A stretch of DNA of 64,000 nt from Lama glama (taxonomy: Eukaryota): the NCBI GenBank assembly GCA_028534125.1, contig CM052818.1, forward strand, positions 37,264,001 through 37,328,000. The letters are read 5' to 3'. This document shows, one piece after another, positions 40,201-51,204 of the stretch (the stretch's first letter is position 1; each line of letters starts with the position of its first letter). The notes beneath the pieces were generated by a model. That model searched no databases. It saw only the letters and a list, made by a program, of their open reading frames with translations, and had not been told where the DNA came from. Made by a program: the position numbers and the translations under genes.

Positions 40201-42934
40201 AAAATGGAATGTCTGAAAAAAGTTGCATGTTCCTATGCATGCCCAGATAACAAGAATCTAAACCATAAGGATGCTGTTGCAAATACACATGCGGATTTTT
40301 TGCTTCAGAGAACCTCAGATGTTCTTTCGGTAAGTTTAGCCATTGCACGTTCTATTGTAGTGCATTCAGGGAAACATAGCATAATTTCACGTGGAAAAAG
40401 AAAACAGATGTAGGAAATACTGTTCAATTACAGATGGAAGGTATAACAATAATGCCATAATACTAGGAGGAGGGTTTTTTCCCTCAGTCCGTAGTAGAAT
40501 GGTTAAAAGTGTCGGCTACCAAAAATAGATAGGACATTATTTGCCATTTGTGAGTATAAACAGAAGGTTAAAGCTTTGGCATATAAGGGATAGAACGAAA
40601 GACCTCGGGCCCTTAATTGACTCCCATTTCTTCCAAGTCAGTTCAGATAGACTCCTAGGAATCCCTGCTTTTTTTAATATAGAGAAGGGAGGACACAGCC
40701 GAGTTTATTTTCTGGATGCTTATTCTTGTCAGGAAGCAGAATTTCAGTGGACCCAGAGTATTGGTATTGTTGGCGTAAGTGTCCAAGAAACTTGCCCTTC
40801 TATTAAAGAATCCTTCTGATGCAGGCTTAGAGACCAGGGAACTATAGGAAACCCCCTCACTGGTGTTCATGAAGACAGAATGGTCACTGGGCCATCCATG
40901 TGAGGTAAGGGAAGACCCTGTCTTCTGTTATTTACATAAAATGTGGTATCTTTTGTCTGGAGATGGGTCAAAATATCAGAGGCAGAGTTAAGCGTAGTCT
41001 CAGCTGGTTCGCCACATTATTCACAGTGTCTGGTCACGTTGATCTGCCTGTAACCCTGGCTGTAATGGAAAACACAACACTGACTCATGTCTCCAGATTC
41101 CCAAATACTTTATTTGTGCAACATTGATACCTGAAAATTAGGACATTTTTAAGAACCTCAGTTCTCCCAGGAAAGCTTTTTAGAAGGGAAGGATTTAACT
41201 TGAGTCTCACCCTATTGTTAGAACTCAAATCTCATACTTTTTCCCTTTTCAATTAAAAAGTTATACATTCAATTAGACTACATCTGTGAACCTGCTTTAG
41301 CAGTAATTAAGATGAACATTATGATATGGGTAATAAAAAGTAATAGTTTCCTTCAATCTCTTGGGCTTTTTTTTGAAATACATTTTCTCGATGGAAATCA
41401 AATTATTTTACTTCATAGAAGTGATTCCTCTCCATTCAGTAGGGTGAAACGATGCGTGAGCTGTTGCTTGTACAACTACTAAGTCAGAATCATTAAGAAT
41501 GAAGTTTAGTAAATAAAGTTATTGGGTGGCTGCTTTTTCACAAAAGGCTTGGAACTGTATTAAATTAACAGGAAATAGGTCTAGAGTTTTCTTTAACTAA
41601 CCGATCCTCAGTGGAGAACAGAAATGAAATGGCCTTATTCAAGGACATCCATTTGAAAGCTATAAATATTTTATAAGGATGGAATAAATTGCTTATTTTC
41701 AAACAGGTGCTATTGTAAAAATTATTTTGATTTTTCTTTTGCCTCGGGCTCTTGAACAAAATAACAATATATCATGTACATAGTGCTTAGACATTAGGTT
41801 ATGTCTGTGTTTTCTGTAATTGGCTCAGCGAAGTGGAGGGAAGCTCACACTTAGGGTTCCTCTGCTGTGTCCCCAGTGTCTTTCCAAAAGGGAAATTATG
41901 CCTTAAATAGGACCTGCATCTCATTGCTCATTCTGCAGGTTGTCAACTAAAATGGTACCATTTCCTTCAAGATAATGACAATAGATTGAAATGTATTCTG
42001 CCAACATATATGATCCATCAACAACCTCCATCAACACATTCAAATGTTCCCTGTGTTTTGTGGGTGTTTTCTCATTTGAACAGCAGCAGAAACACTCTAG
42101 TAGGGATAAATATTTTCTTCATTTTTGATTTTGACCTCATTTTTCTCTTGGATTGTAGGCTTTCTCTAGGTAATGTGTATATTATAGAAGTTTGATGTGG
42201 AAAAATTTGCTCCTTCAAAGAAATGATGTGAAAAAAAGATGGTGCCACCACCCCACCATCTGTTTACTTCTGGTTGTATCTCTAGGAGGGGAAAGAATCT
42301 GAGTTGAGCCATCCAAATTCTGCTTCTCTGTTCTCTAGAGGACCAAAGGCGTCCATTAAAGAGGTGAGCAGCGGGCTGAATTCGGGGCCAGATCTGTGGT
42401 CAGGTCAGGGATCAGTGAGTGGCCAAAGACATAATGCATCCCATGGAGAGTATTAAGATGTTATTGAGATAAAAATTAGATCATTTTCTGGCCATGGTCA
42501 GGTGATCAGTAAGAAATTGTGAAACACTGTAAAAGGAACTGATTTCTATGACTATAAAAGTCTTGGAAAAGCAGATGTGCCCCTTGCAAGAGGAAGCTGT
42601 CCCCAAGAGAAGTCAAACATTGAGAAACCAAGAGAATTGCTAACAGAAGACAATGGCAAGTAAAAGAAGACTATCCTGGGTAGTCTGTGATCACTGCCTC
42701 TCTGCTTGTATCCTCTTTTAGTGGAATGTGCCCCTGATTGAACCAGGGAACTTCCTGATGAGCCAGCCTCATCCAGTCTGATTTTTCCTTTTGGAAATCT
42801 GAACTAGGAGATACAGAAAATTTGCAACTTTGTGGCTGAGTCAAGGTAATCATGATACTAGAATAAAGGTTCAAAAATATCACTCATGCCACTGAGGCCA
42901 CTGGGATTTCTGTAGCTGTGCACTTGGCCACACG

Positions 42935-43185
42935 TGGTAGATGGCATTAATGGCCCTGATTCTATGTTTCTCTCTATCCAAGTCCTCTACCATGGAACTT
43001 TGCAATTCCTCCTACTAAAAGAGCAGAGTTTGTGTCCCTTCCCCTTGATAATGCATTTGGCTCTTCAACTTGCTTTGACCAATAGAAGGGGTGAACGTGA
43101 CAGTGTGCCACTTCACAGAGGAGGCTTTAAGTGGCCTGGAATATTTCCACTTGCCGTCTTATGCTTTTGCTATTGGTTCAAGGAA
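42935..43185 (+). mobile_element. MLT1 LTR 5' fragment
   Basis: TGGTAGATGGCATTAATGGCCC..ACTTGCTTTGACCAATAGAA..GTGACAGTGTGCCA..TTTCCACTTG. Confidence 0.8.
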
Positions 43186-44619
43186 ACTTGGAAGCCAAAA
43201 TAGTTACCTGAAGTTTCTTTGTGAGCATGGAATTAGAATAACAAAGTTTACTGCAGGATAAGACGTAGTGCATGCTCTACCATGTCCATAAAAGCCTGCA
43301 GTGGGGCACAGTGTGCCTGAGCCCTGGGAGAGGACACTACATACTGGATGGCATTGCCAATGCCTGTGTGTGTCTCTGTGACATTATCTTCCTGCCTTAA
43401 TGTTCTTCAGACACGTTCTCAGCTTAAATTCAGCATTCTTCTACTCGGAAACCATCTTTCTTTTTAGTGTGACCTGGGTATCTCTCTTCAGACTGACTAT
43501 ATGTATGGATAGAATCTCATAATCAAAAAGAGAATATTTTATAATTTCTCTTTTTAAAACATCTTTGGGGACCATGCTTCTGTTGGTCCCAGGAGAAGAA
43601 CAGACTGAACCTCTGATCAATTTTTGTATAAATGACACTTGTTTAATTTCTTTGAAGATAACAATTTCACCTAATATTTTTGACAAAATGTGGGAAGATT
43701 GTTTTATCTTGTAAGCAACCTAATATCTTGCTTTTTTTCCCCTTTTCCCTTCATGGTGTTCTGAGTGTGGTAATGGAGTTGAAAGTGCTCTTATGTAGAG
43801 GAATTCTGACCTTCTCCTTCGGGGCTGAGAGATCACACAGAGAGCAGGATGCACTGGGCCAGTGGTCTGTTCCTGGCGGAGCTAATTGATAAGGAACATA
43901 TTTTATGAATGAAGTTACAAGATAAAAACTGAGACTAATGAAATACCCCAATGACTCTGAAGTAATTAGGAAGGCATTCCATACACTACCTCTAATTAGA
44001 CACTGAGGCTGAGAATTCACAACTGACTCGATATTCTCCAGTGGTACTGACCTCTTGTTTAATACAATGGCAACTGAAAGTATTAATAACTAAGGAAAGT
44101 GAAACCTTGCTTCTAAGGTGACAATAGGCCATTTAAGTGAGGCTGGGTGGGTACAAGGCAATCATAACCATAGTGAATTTAACACAGTCTCTGTGTTTTT
44201 CAAGTGATTCCTTGAGCCCAAGTTCAAGAGATGTTTTTAAAAATAATTTTGGTGAGGCAACTCTTTTCAGCTTAAAAAAAAAGATTAAAATGAGGTCACA
44301 AACCTTTCACAATGTGTTTATTTTCTCTCATCAGTCTTTTCTCAACTCTTTAATCCAGTCTTATAGTTTCCCTTAATCATTATTCCTTTCAAATATAATG
44401 CTCTCAATTCTCATTGATTCTTGCATATTGAACAGTGCTTGCTCCTTACTTCTTAGCTCTCTTTCAAAAGATTGTTCTTTAAATTACCTTCACAGAGATT
44501 TTATTGTTTCTCAAAGATGCAGTGAAACCATCATAGACAGAAGCCAAAAAATAAATTTTAGTCAAGTGGTATTTGTTAATGGAAGTACCTAAGGTGTGTT
44601 TTGGACATAGTGGGAAAGC

Positions 44620-44950
44620 AGAGGAAAACTTGACTAGGTACCTATGACCTAGAACATCACAATCTGTTCTCAGAACCGAGACGTACATACAAGACAGAGA
44701 CCCTAACAGTGTAGGACAGGGTATCATTATGTGTGAGGCAGTGCACCTGACTCTGTTTTGCAGGGATTTGGAGGAGGGGAGGTGAGCAAAGCCTGAAATA
44801 CCACGTAAGGCTTCTGAGCGAGAGAAGAAACTCAGAGGGAGGGCACGTGGAAGGCACTGAATTTGGACAAGTGAGAGGGGAGGTAGAATTGGTGGGCAGC
44901 AAGTCCAGTGAATGTGCCAGAAAGAGCACGTTAGCATGGGCGCCCATGAC
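44620..44950 (-). mobile_element. L2 LINE fragment
   Basis: GACATAGTGGG..GTAGAATTGGTGGG..CAGTGAATGTG diverged antisense L2. Confidence 0.5.
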
Positions 44951-45026
44951 GTAGGGAGAGAGGTGGTGGTGTTGGTGAGTTTGTCTCCATCGCTGGCTCT
45001 CATGAAAACCAAGCCAAAATCATATT

Positions 45027-45241
45027 CAGTTGACCCTTGAATGACCCCAGCAGACAAAAATCCGCATATAACTTAGAGTCAGCCCTCCCCGTGCACGATT
45101 CCTCTGTATCTATGGTTCCAGCTCTGCAGATTCAACCACCAATGAATACCATAGTAATGCAGTATTTACTACTAAAAAAAAAAAAAATCCATGTATAAGT
45201 GGGTCCACACCGTTCAAACCCATGTTATTCAAGTTGAACTG
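45027..45241. mobile_element. Tigger2/MER8-family TcMar MITE
   Basis: TIRs CAGTTGACCCTTGAA ... TTCAAGTTGAACTG followed by TA; internal AAAATCCATGTATAAGTGGG..GTTCAAACCCATGTT. Confidence 0.88.
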
Positions 45242-46869
45242 TATAATTATTTCACTTGCAATTAATCAGGGCCATTTTGCCAGTTTATAACTAATTAGAG
45301 AGGGCAGGATGGAATAACTTTAAATCACTTTTAATCCTCCTTTATTTTAAAAATCTTCCCTAAGGAATAATAGAATCTTAGAGCAGACAGAGACCCTGGT
45401 GGGGGGAGGTGTCAGAGATTTAAAGTTTCTGCATGTAGAAACTTATTCTGAACAATTGTTGGGGGGAATGGGGTCATGAGCCCTTAATATGTTATGTACT
45501 ATGTTATATAATATTTTGTTCAGTATACGTATCTTCACATAGAAGCATTTCATAGCTCTATCGCATTTCTAATGGCTTCAAACCTTTACAAATTCAGCGG
45601 TCTAGAGCATCTTTGCCAGGTGTTCATCAACGAATAGTGACAGAGAACTCACTGCTCATTGGAGCAGCCAGTTCTAATTTCAGCAGCTCTTACTCTCCCT
45701 GAGTTACACTGAGCTGAAGTCTCCCAATCAGCGGTCCTGTTGGCCCCACTCTGTGGGTCCAGATCTGTCCTCACAAAGGAAGATCTAATTAGGAGCCAGT
45801 CAAGATGAGACCCCAGGACAGGACACTCAGGTACCTCTCTCCACAGCACTGATAACTAATGCATAGCCTCTGCCAGGAGGATGCGACGATTGGGTTTTTA
45901 ATTTGTTTTTATTCCCCTATAAAATGAAATTAAAATAAAGAATAAGACCGAGGAGACCTTCTGACTTTGCTCAGAGAGCACAAGACACAGGCAGAGCAGC
46001 ACCAGAATGCTGGTGCAACAGACAAGCCCACTTCTACCACTCCTCTTTGCTTGCTGAGTAGATTTGCGAGGCATTTTTACTTTGGATTCATAAGTTTCCT
46101 CCCTAATGAGTAGAAGCTGTTTAAAATAACGTACTGATTTAGAGTTTTCTCTGACTTATATTTTTTAGTGTGATATATTACAATCCCCTTTCCACTCACA
46201 TCTTTCAAAAGTGGTGCAAACAATGTGGGGTACAATAAATTATTCAAAGTGGGGGAGCCATATAACAGCCGGGAAGGCAGCAGTCTATTAGAGATAGCTG
46301 CACACAAATGCACATTTGGCGGCAATGTCGGCGACACATCAGAAATGATGGATATCCTTTCTCACATGCCTGCAACGTTTAATATCTTTGAACAGCATTA
46401 AAGATGTCAAATGTTTAGACCGCAATCTGAGAAGCAGTGGAAATACAGTATCGCTGTTTACAAACGGGCTTGGAGCGGGGTCGCAGTCACCTACGTCTGT
46501 CCTCTCCTAAAGGGTAAACATCTTTCACATATTTGTTTGCTAGTGTACTTTGCTTTGCAAAATAGTTCTGATCCTGAGGTGGTGTTTGTTAATCCAATCC
46601 CACTTTACCGTAAACTAGAATTATCATTTCAGAGGCGGTTATACTTCATTTATGTTCAATTTCCGATTCTTGTAGGCTCCCATAATTCAAATTTGCTTAT
46701 CCCTCCTCCCCCTGCCCTTGGTTTAATATTGAATGATTTATAAGCTAACTTCTTTAGAGCATTGAAGGAACTGTTTCTTTTTAAGCAGATACTAGTGAAT
46801 ATTTTTTGGAAGTGAAATATCATTTTACTAATTCTTTTGCTTTTATAAGCTGGATTTTGGTGTGTCTTC

Positions 46870-47430
46870 ATTTTCCAAATTAATTTTACAGTTAAACAAA
46901 CGTAGGAAACAACAGAGAGTGGTATAATGAGCACTGTGCCCATCACCCAACCTCAACCATGATCAACTCATGACCGGTCATGTTTTAACCATACCCCATA
47001 TTGCTTTATTTTAATTTGAAGCAAATATTAAAAACCATATTAGACCATTTAATTCATAAATATTTCAGAAATTCTCAAAGATAATGGCATTTTAAAAAAT
47101 GTAACTGAAATACCGTAATTACACGTGAGAACAGTTAAGATTTTAATATCATCAAGTATCACTGCTTAAAATTTCCCGATTTTCTTGTCATTTTTTATTA
47201 GTTTGCTTGAATAAGGATCTTTATGACTTCTTTTTGTCATTGCCTGATGTGTGTCTTAAAAATATCAGTTCTTCCTCTGTCGCTCTCTTATTTTTCCTTG
47301 AATTTTATTTGTGGAAACAACCTGATTTGGTTGTTTCCGGTGCTTTTTGTGTGTTTGTTTGGGTTTTTTTTTTCTTTACTTTCATGTACTTTATCTATTA
47401 TACCGAATTTGTAACCATTGCCCGGCAGGA
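46870..47430 (-). mobile_element. L1MC4/5-like 3' end
   Basis: GTATAATGAGCAC..CCCATCACCCAACCTCAACCATGATCAACTCATG..GAAGCAAAT..CATAAATATTTCAG. Confidence 0.75.
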
Positions 47431-48248
47431 GGGTGTCTGGTCTGATACAAATTACTTTCCCGTTAACAGAAGAGAAACTCCTCCTTGTCTTTCGATCTCA
47501 CCCAGTCAGGCTGTTGTCCCATCCACTCTATGAATATTGGTCATTAATACCTTTCATATCGACAGATTCAGTCGTCATTTCTCAGTCCTTTTGTTACCTG
47601 ATTTGTGTACAGCGTCTGACCTTGCTATTTCTTTTCTCCTTGACTCCACCTACTGTCAGGACCTAACACTCTTTAATCTACTTCTAGTAGATTTAATCTG
47701 GTTGCTTGCTACTTCTTCGTGTCATTTTTTTTTTTTTTAAGTACCCAACTCATATTCTTCCCACAACATTTTGGAGGGCACCAGAGTTCACACCTAGTAC
47801 TTCTTTGGTTCTTTGTCCACAGTCACTCCCAGCTTGACTCCGTCTAGAACCATGACTTTAAATACTATGCAACATTTTCTTTATCTCTGACTAGATTTCT
47901 CTCTTGAATTCCAGAATCATAAATCTCACTGTCTTCTTGAGATTGCCCGTTCAAAGTTTATCAGGCATCTCAGACTTACCCTGTCCAAATCTTAACTTTT
48001 GGTCTTAATCCCCAAAGACCATTTTCCTGCCCTCCCCTCAACCGAAGTTAACTTCATTCATGCTTAGGCTTCAGCCCATAGAATAATCTGTAATTCCTCT
48101 TTTTTTATTCAAAATTTACATCAGGTGCACCCGAGAATTGTCTCTGCTTTACCATCTGCACCAGATTCTGACCACTTTGCACCACTTCCTCTTCTGCCAG
48201 CCTAATTCAAGACATTATCAGCTTTTAGCTGGATTATTATGAATACTT

Positions 48249-48657
48249 TGTGAAGGAAAATCTGCGCTGGGCTAACAAGATAACTCACAAATCTAAGTAT
48301 CGGAATACTGATCTGAGTTCTGCTGGACTAACTCGTAAATCTAAGTTAATTAGTGTTGGTTTGCTGTTCATGTTTTTTTTGCTAGGCAGCTGGATTTTCA
48401 AAGAGATATATCTGGCTTTGGAATGTTGGTTTGCTGCTTCCCTGCCTCCACTTTTGTGATAATGATGCTGCTAAAGCTATTCCATTGGCCAAATACCCCA
48501 AGCTTGTACTTTACCCTACAGAACCTCATGCACACGTCTTGGAGGTGCTCAGAGCTTCGGAGCAGAAGCCCCTCTGAGCCTGCCGGCGTAATACATCTGA
48601 GTACTCCAACCCTCCGAGTGGTGCTTGTTTCTTGGCTGGCCTGTCGTTTCTGTAACA
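48249..48657 (+). mobile_element. ERV1-type solo LTR (409 bp)
   Basis: TG...CA termini with perfect 4-bp TSD ACTT (48245-48248 and 48658-48661); polyA-like AATACA near the 3' end; interrupts L2. Confidence 0.85.
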
Positions 48658-49119
48658 ACTTAAGTTTATTCTTATTTCTTTGCCCTGTTATAGTCCTACA
48701 GCCTGTTAACGTAGCCAGAGTAATATTTTAAAAACCTAATTTAGATCATGTCACTCCTTTGCTCAGAAACATCCAATGGCCACCATCTCCACCTCACTGA
48801 GAATAAAATCTAAAATCCTCCCCATTGCCTACGAAGTCCCTTTGTGATTTTTGTCTGCCTGATAATCTCTCCATGATCTCCAATCCAATTTCTTGAAACC
48901 ACATTCCTTTGGCTACAGCTACTCTGGTCTCCTTGCTGGGCCTCCGTGCTCGCTGTTCCGTCTGATTTGAATACTCAGTCCCTAACGTCTGAGTTGCTTG
49001 CTTCCTCATTCAGTTAGACCTCTGCTTAAACGTCACCCTATCAAAAAGCCCTTTCCTGTTCTTCCTATTTAAAATAGCACTGCCATCTTCACCATTCTCT
49101 ATTCTCTTACCCTCTTTTT

Positions 49120-50624
49120 AAAAGCTTCATGACATTGGTCTTGGCAATGGTTTCTTGGATATGACACCAAAAGCACAAGCAACAAAAGCAAAAATAGACA
49201 AGCAGGACTACATCAAAGTAAAGAGCTGCTGCACAAAAAAAGAAGCAATCAACAGAGTGAAAAAGCAATTTACAGAATAAGGAAACTGTTTGCAAGCCAT
49301 ATATCTGATGTTGACTGAAATAAACGTGCAGACTAAAAGTTGAGGGCTATGTTTTATGTGGCGGGAGGACTCGGGCCAGGACGACAGCCTCTCGGATCGC
49401 TCTGAGGGACTGCTCCAGAGAGGTAGGGGAGGAGCTAGGATATATAGGAACTTTACAGCAAAGCCCAGGTAGTTGGAACAAATAAAAGATAACTTGTTAT
49501 CTAAAGAAAACCAGACATCTCAAGTTAAAGAATTTAGTACTTTTCTATGTATGGGAGGAGGCAAACATTTAGGCTCAGTGAATTCACTCCTTTGACAAGC
49601 ACCTAGCTCTCTAGGGCCAGTATCTTGTCCTTTCTTATTCTGAGTCCCCTCAGAGTGCACCATTGTTAGTGGCTGCAGAGGCCGGGCTACAGGCTTGTCT
49701 TCACTGTAGGGGGTGGCATCAGCTGGTTGATGATTTGATGGCTTCAGCATTCTTTGTTTACTGATAATGATTTGCAGTATTTTTTGTTCACACTGATAAG
49801 GAGCTAATATCCAAAATATACAAGGAATTCCTACAACTCATTAGCAACCCCCGCCAAATAACCTAATTGAAAAATGGGCAAATGAGTTGATGTAAAATAT
49901 GAAATACGTCTTTCCAAAGAAGACATACATGAATTGGGTCAACAGTTATATGAAAAGATGCTCAACATCACTAATAATCACAGAATGCAAGTCAAAATCA
50001 CAATAAGAAATCACCTCACACCGTGAGAAAGGCTGTTATTAAAATAACAAAAGGTAACAAATACTAGCAAGGATGTACAGACGTGAGAACCCTTCTTTAC
50101 TGTTTTGGGGAATGTAAATTGGTGAAAACACAATGGAAAACAGTATGGAGGTTCCTCAAAAACCTAAAAGTAGATCTAGCAACCCCACTTCTGGGTATAT
50201 ACCCAAAATCATTGAAATTCAGGTCTCAAAGAGATATCTGCACCCCCTGTCCATTGCAGCATTGTTCACAATAGCCAACATTTGGAATTAAGCTCTACGT
50301 CCCTGAAGGCATACATGCATAAAAAAAGTGGTACATAAGTACAACGGAATATTATTCAGCCTTCAGAAAAGGGAAATCCTGCCATATGTGACAATATAGA
50401 TGAACTGAGGGGACATTATTCTGAGCTAAGCCAGTCATAGAGCAAAAATACTGCATGATTCCACTTCTATGAGGCGTCTAAAATAGTCAAACTCATAGAA
50501 ACAGGAGGATGGTGGTTGCCAGGGGCTGGAGGAAGGCAGAAATAATGAGTTACTATTCATGGGAACAAAGTTCCTCTTATATAAGATAAGTAAGTTCTAG
50601 GATGTGCTGTACAATGCTGTGCCT
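49120..50624 (+). mobile_element. L1 (L1MA/MB-like) ORF2 C-terminus and 3' UTR, 5'-truncated
   Basis: ORF 50083-50274 CKLVKTQWKTVWRFLKNLK..PLLGIYPK..RDICTP matches the L1 ORF2 C-terminus; GACACCAAAAGCACAAGCAACAAAAG. Confidence 0.93.
49309..49792 (-). mobile_element. ERV1-type solo LTR (484 bp) inserted in L1
   Basis: TG...CA termini, perfect 4-bp TSD CTGA (49305-49308 and 49793-49796); removing it restores L1 CATATATCTGATAAGGAGCTAATATCCAAAATATA; TATA-like CCTATATAT on the minus strand. Confidence 0.92.
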
Positions 50625-50814
50625 AAACTTCACAGAAACATTTTTAATTTTAGGTCTTGAGATACAACGTTGCTTGTTTAGTGTCTGTCTTCCCAACAAC
50701 AGAAATCTAAGTTCCCTGTGCCCAGGCACTAAGCTTTTTCTTGGTCTTTTCTGTATGCTCTATACGTCAGTCAGTGCCCAGGCCACTGGAGGTGTTCAAC
50801 GGAATAAATAAATG

Positions 50815-51060
50815 TAGTGGGAGGGAACATAGTGCCTCTCATGAAATAAAAGAGGGCCAGTGTGGGAAATTGATGTGAGGCGAGGTGGTGAGTTAGGCAG
50901 GGGCCAGACTGTGCAGAATTTTGTAAACTGTACAAGGAATTTTTTTTTTTAAAGAACAATGTAATCTGTAGCCACTGGAGTGTTTTAAACAGATGGACTG
51001 ATGTGATCGGCTTTAGGTTTTGGAAAAAAAGTAACTCTGATCTGGAAAGTGTATGATCAT
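50815..51060 (-). mobile_element. L2 LINE fragment
   Basis: GGGCCAGACTGTGCAGAA..AGCCACTGGAGTGTTTTAAACAG..GATGTGATCGGCTTTAGGTTTT. Confidence 0.75.
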
Positions 51061-51065
51061 TTGGG

Positions 51066-51182
51066 CAATTGTTCTCAGCCCCAGACTAATTAAATCAGAC
51101 CCTCTAGGGATGAAGCCCAGGCAACAGTGATTTTGAAAGCTTTTCAGGTGATTCCACTCACAGCCAAGATTGGAAACTAGGG
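51066..51182 (+). mobile_element. MER5A-like hAT MITE (internally deleted)
   Basis: CCCCAGACTAATTAAATCAGA..GCCCAGG..TCAGGTGATTCC..CAGCCAAGATTGGAAAC. Confidence 0.8.
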
Positions 51183-51204
51183 GTTTTGAGTAAGGTTCCT
51201 GAGA

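Larger units (their letters stand above)
47460..50815 (+). mobile_element. L2 LINE split into three pieces (about 47460-48248, 48662-49110, 50630-50815) by later insertions
   Basis: collinear L2 motifs AGGCATCTCAGACTTACCCTGTCCAAA, TAGATCATGTCACTCCTTTGCTCA and a terminal GAATAAATAAATG tail. Confidence 0.8.

Noticed and set aside
40830..40900. Possible CR1/L3 3' fragment (also 54500-54965)
   Set aside because: Too short and diverged to call by eye.
44479..45057. Longest ORF (192 aa, minus strand)
   Set aside because: Overlaps L2 and Tigger remnants; no domain-like features.
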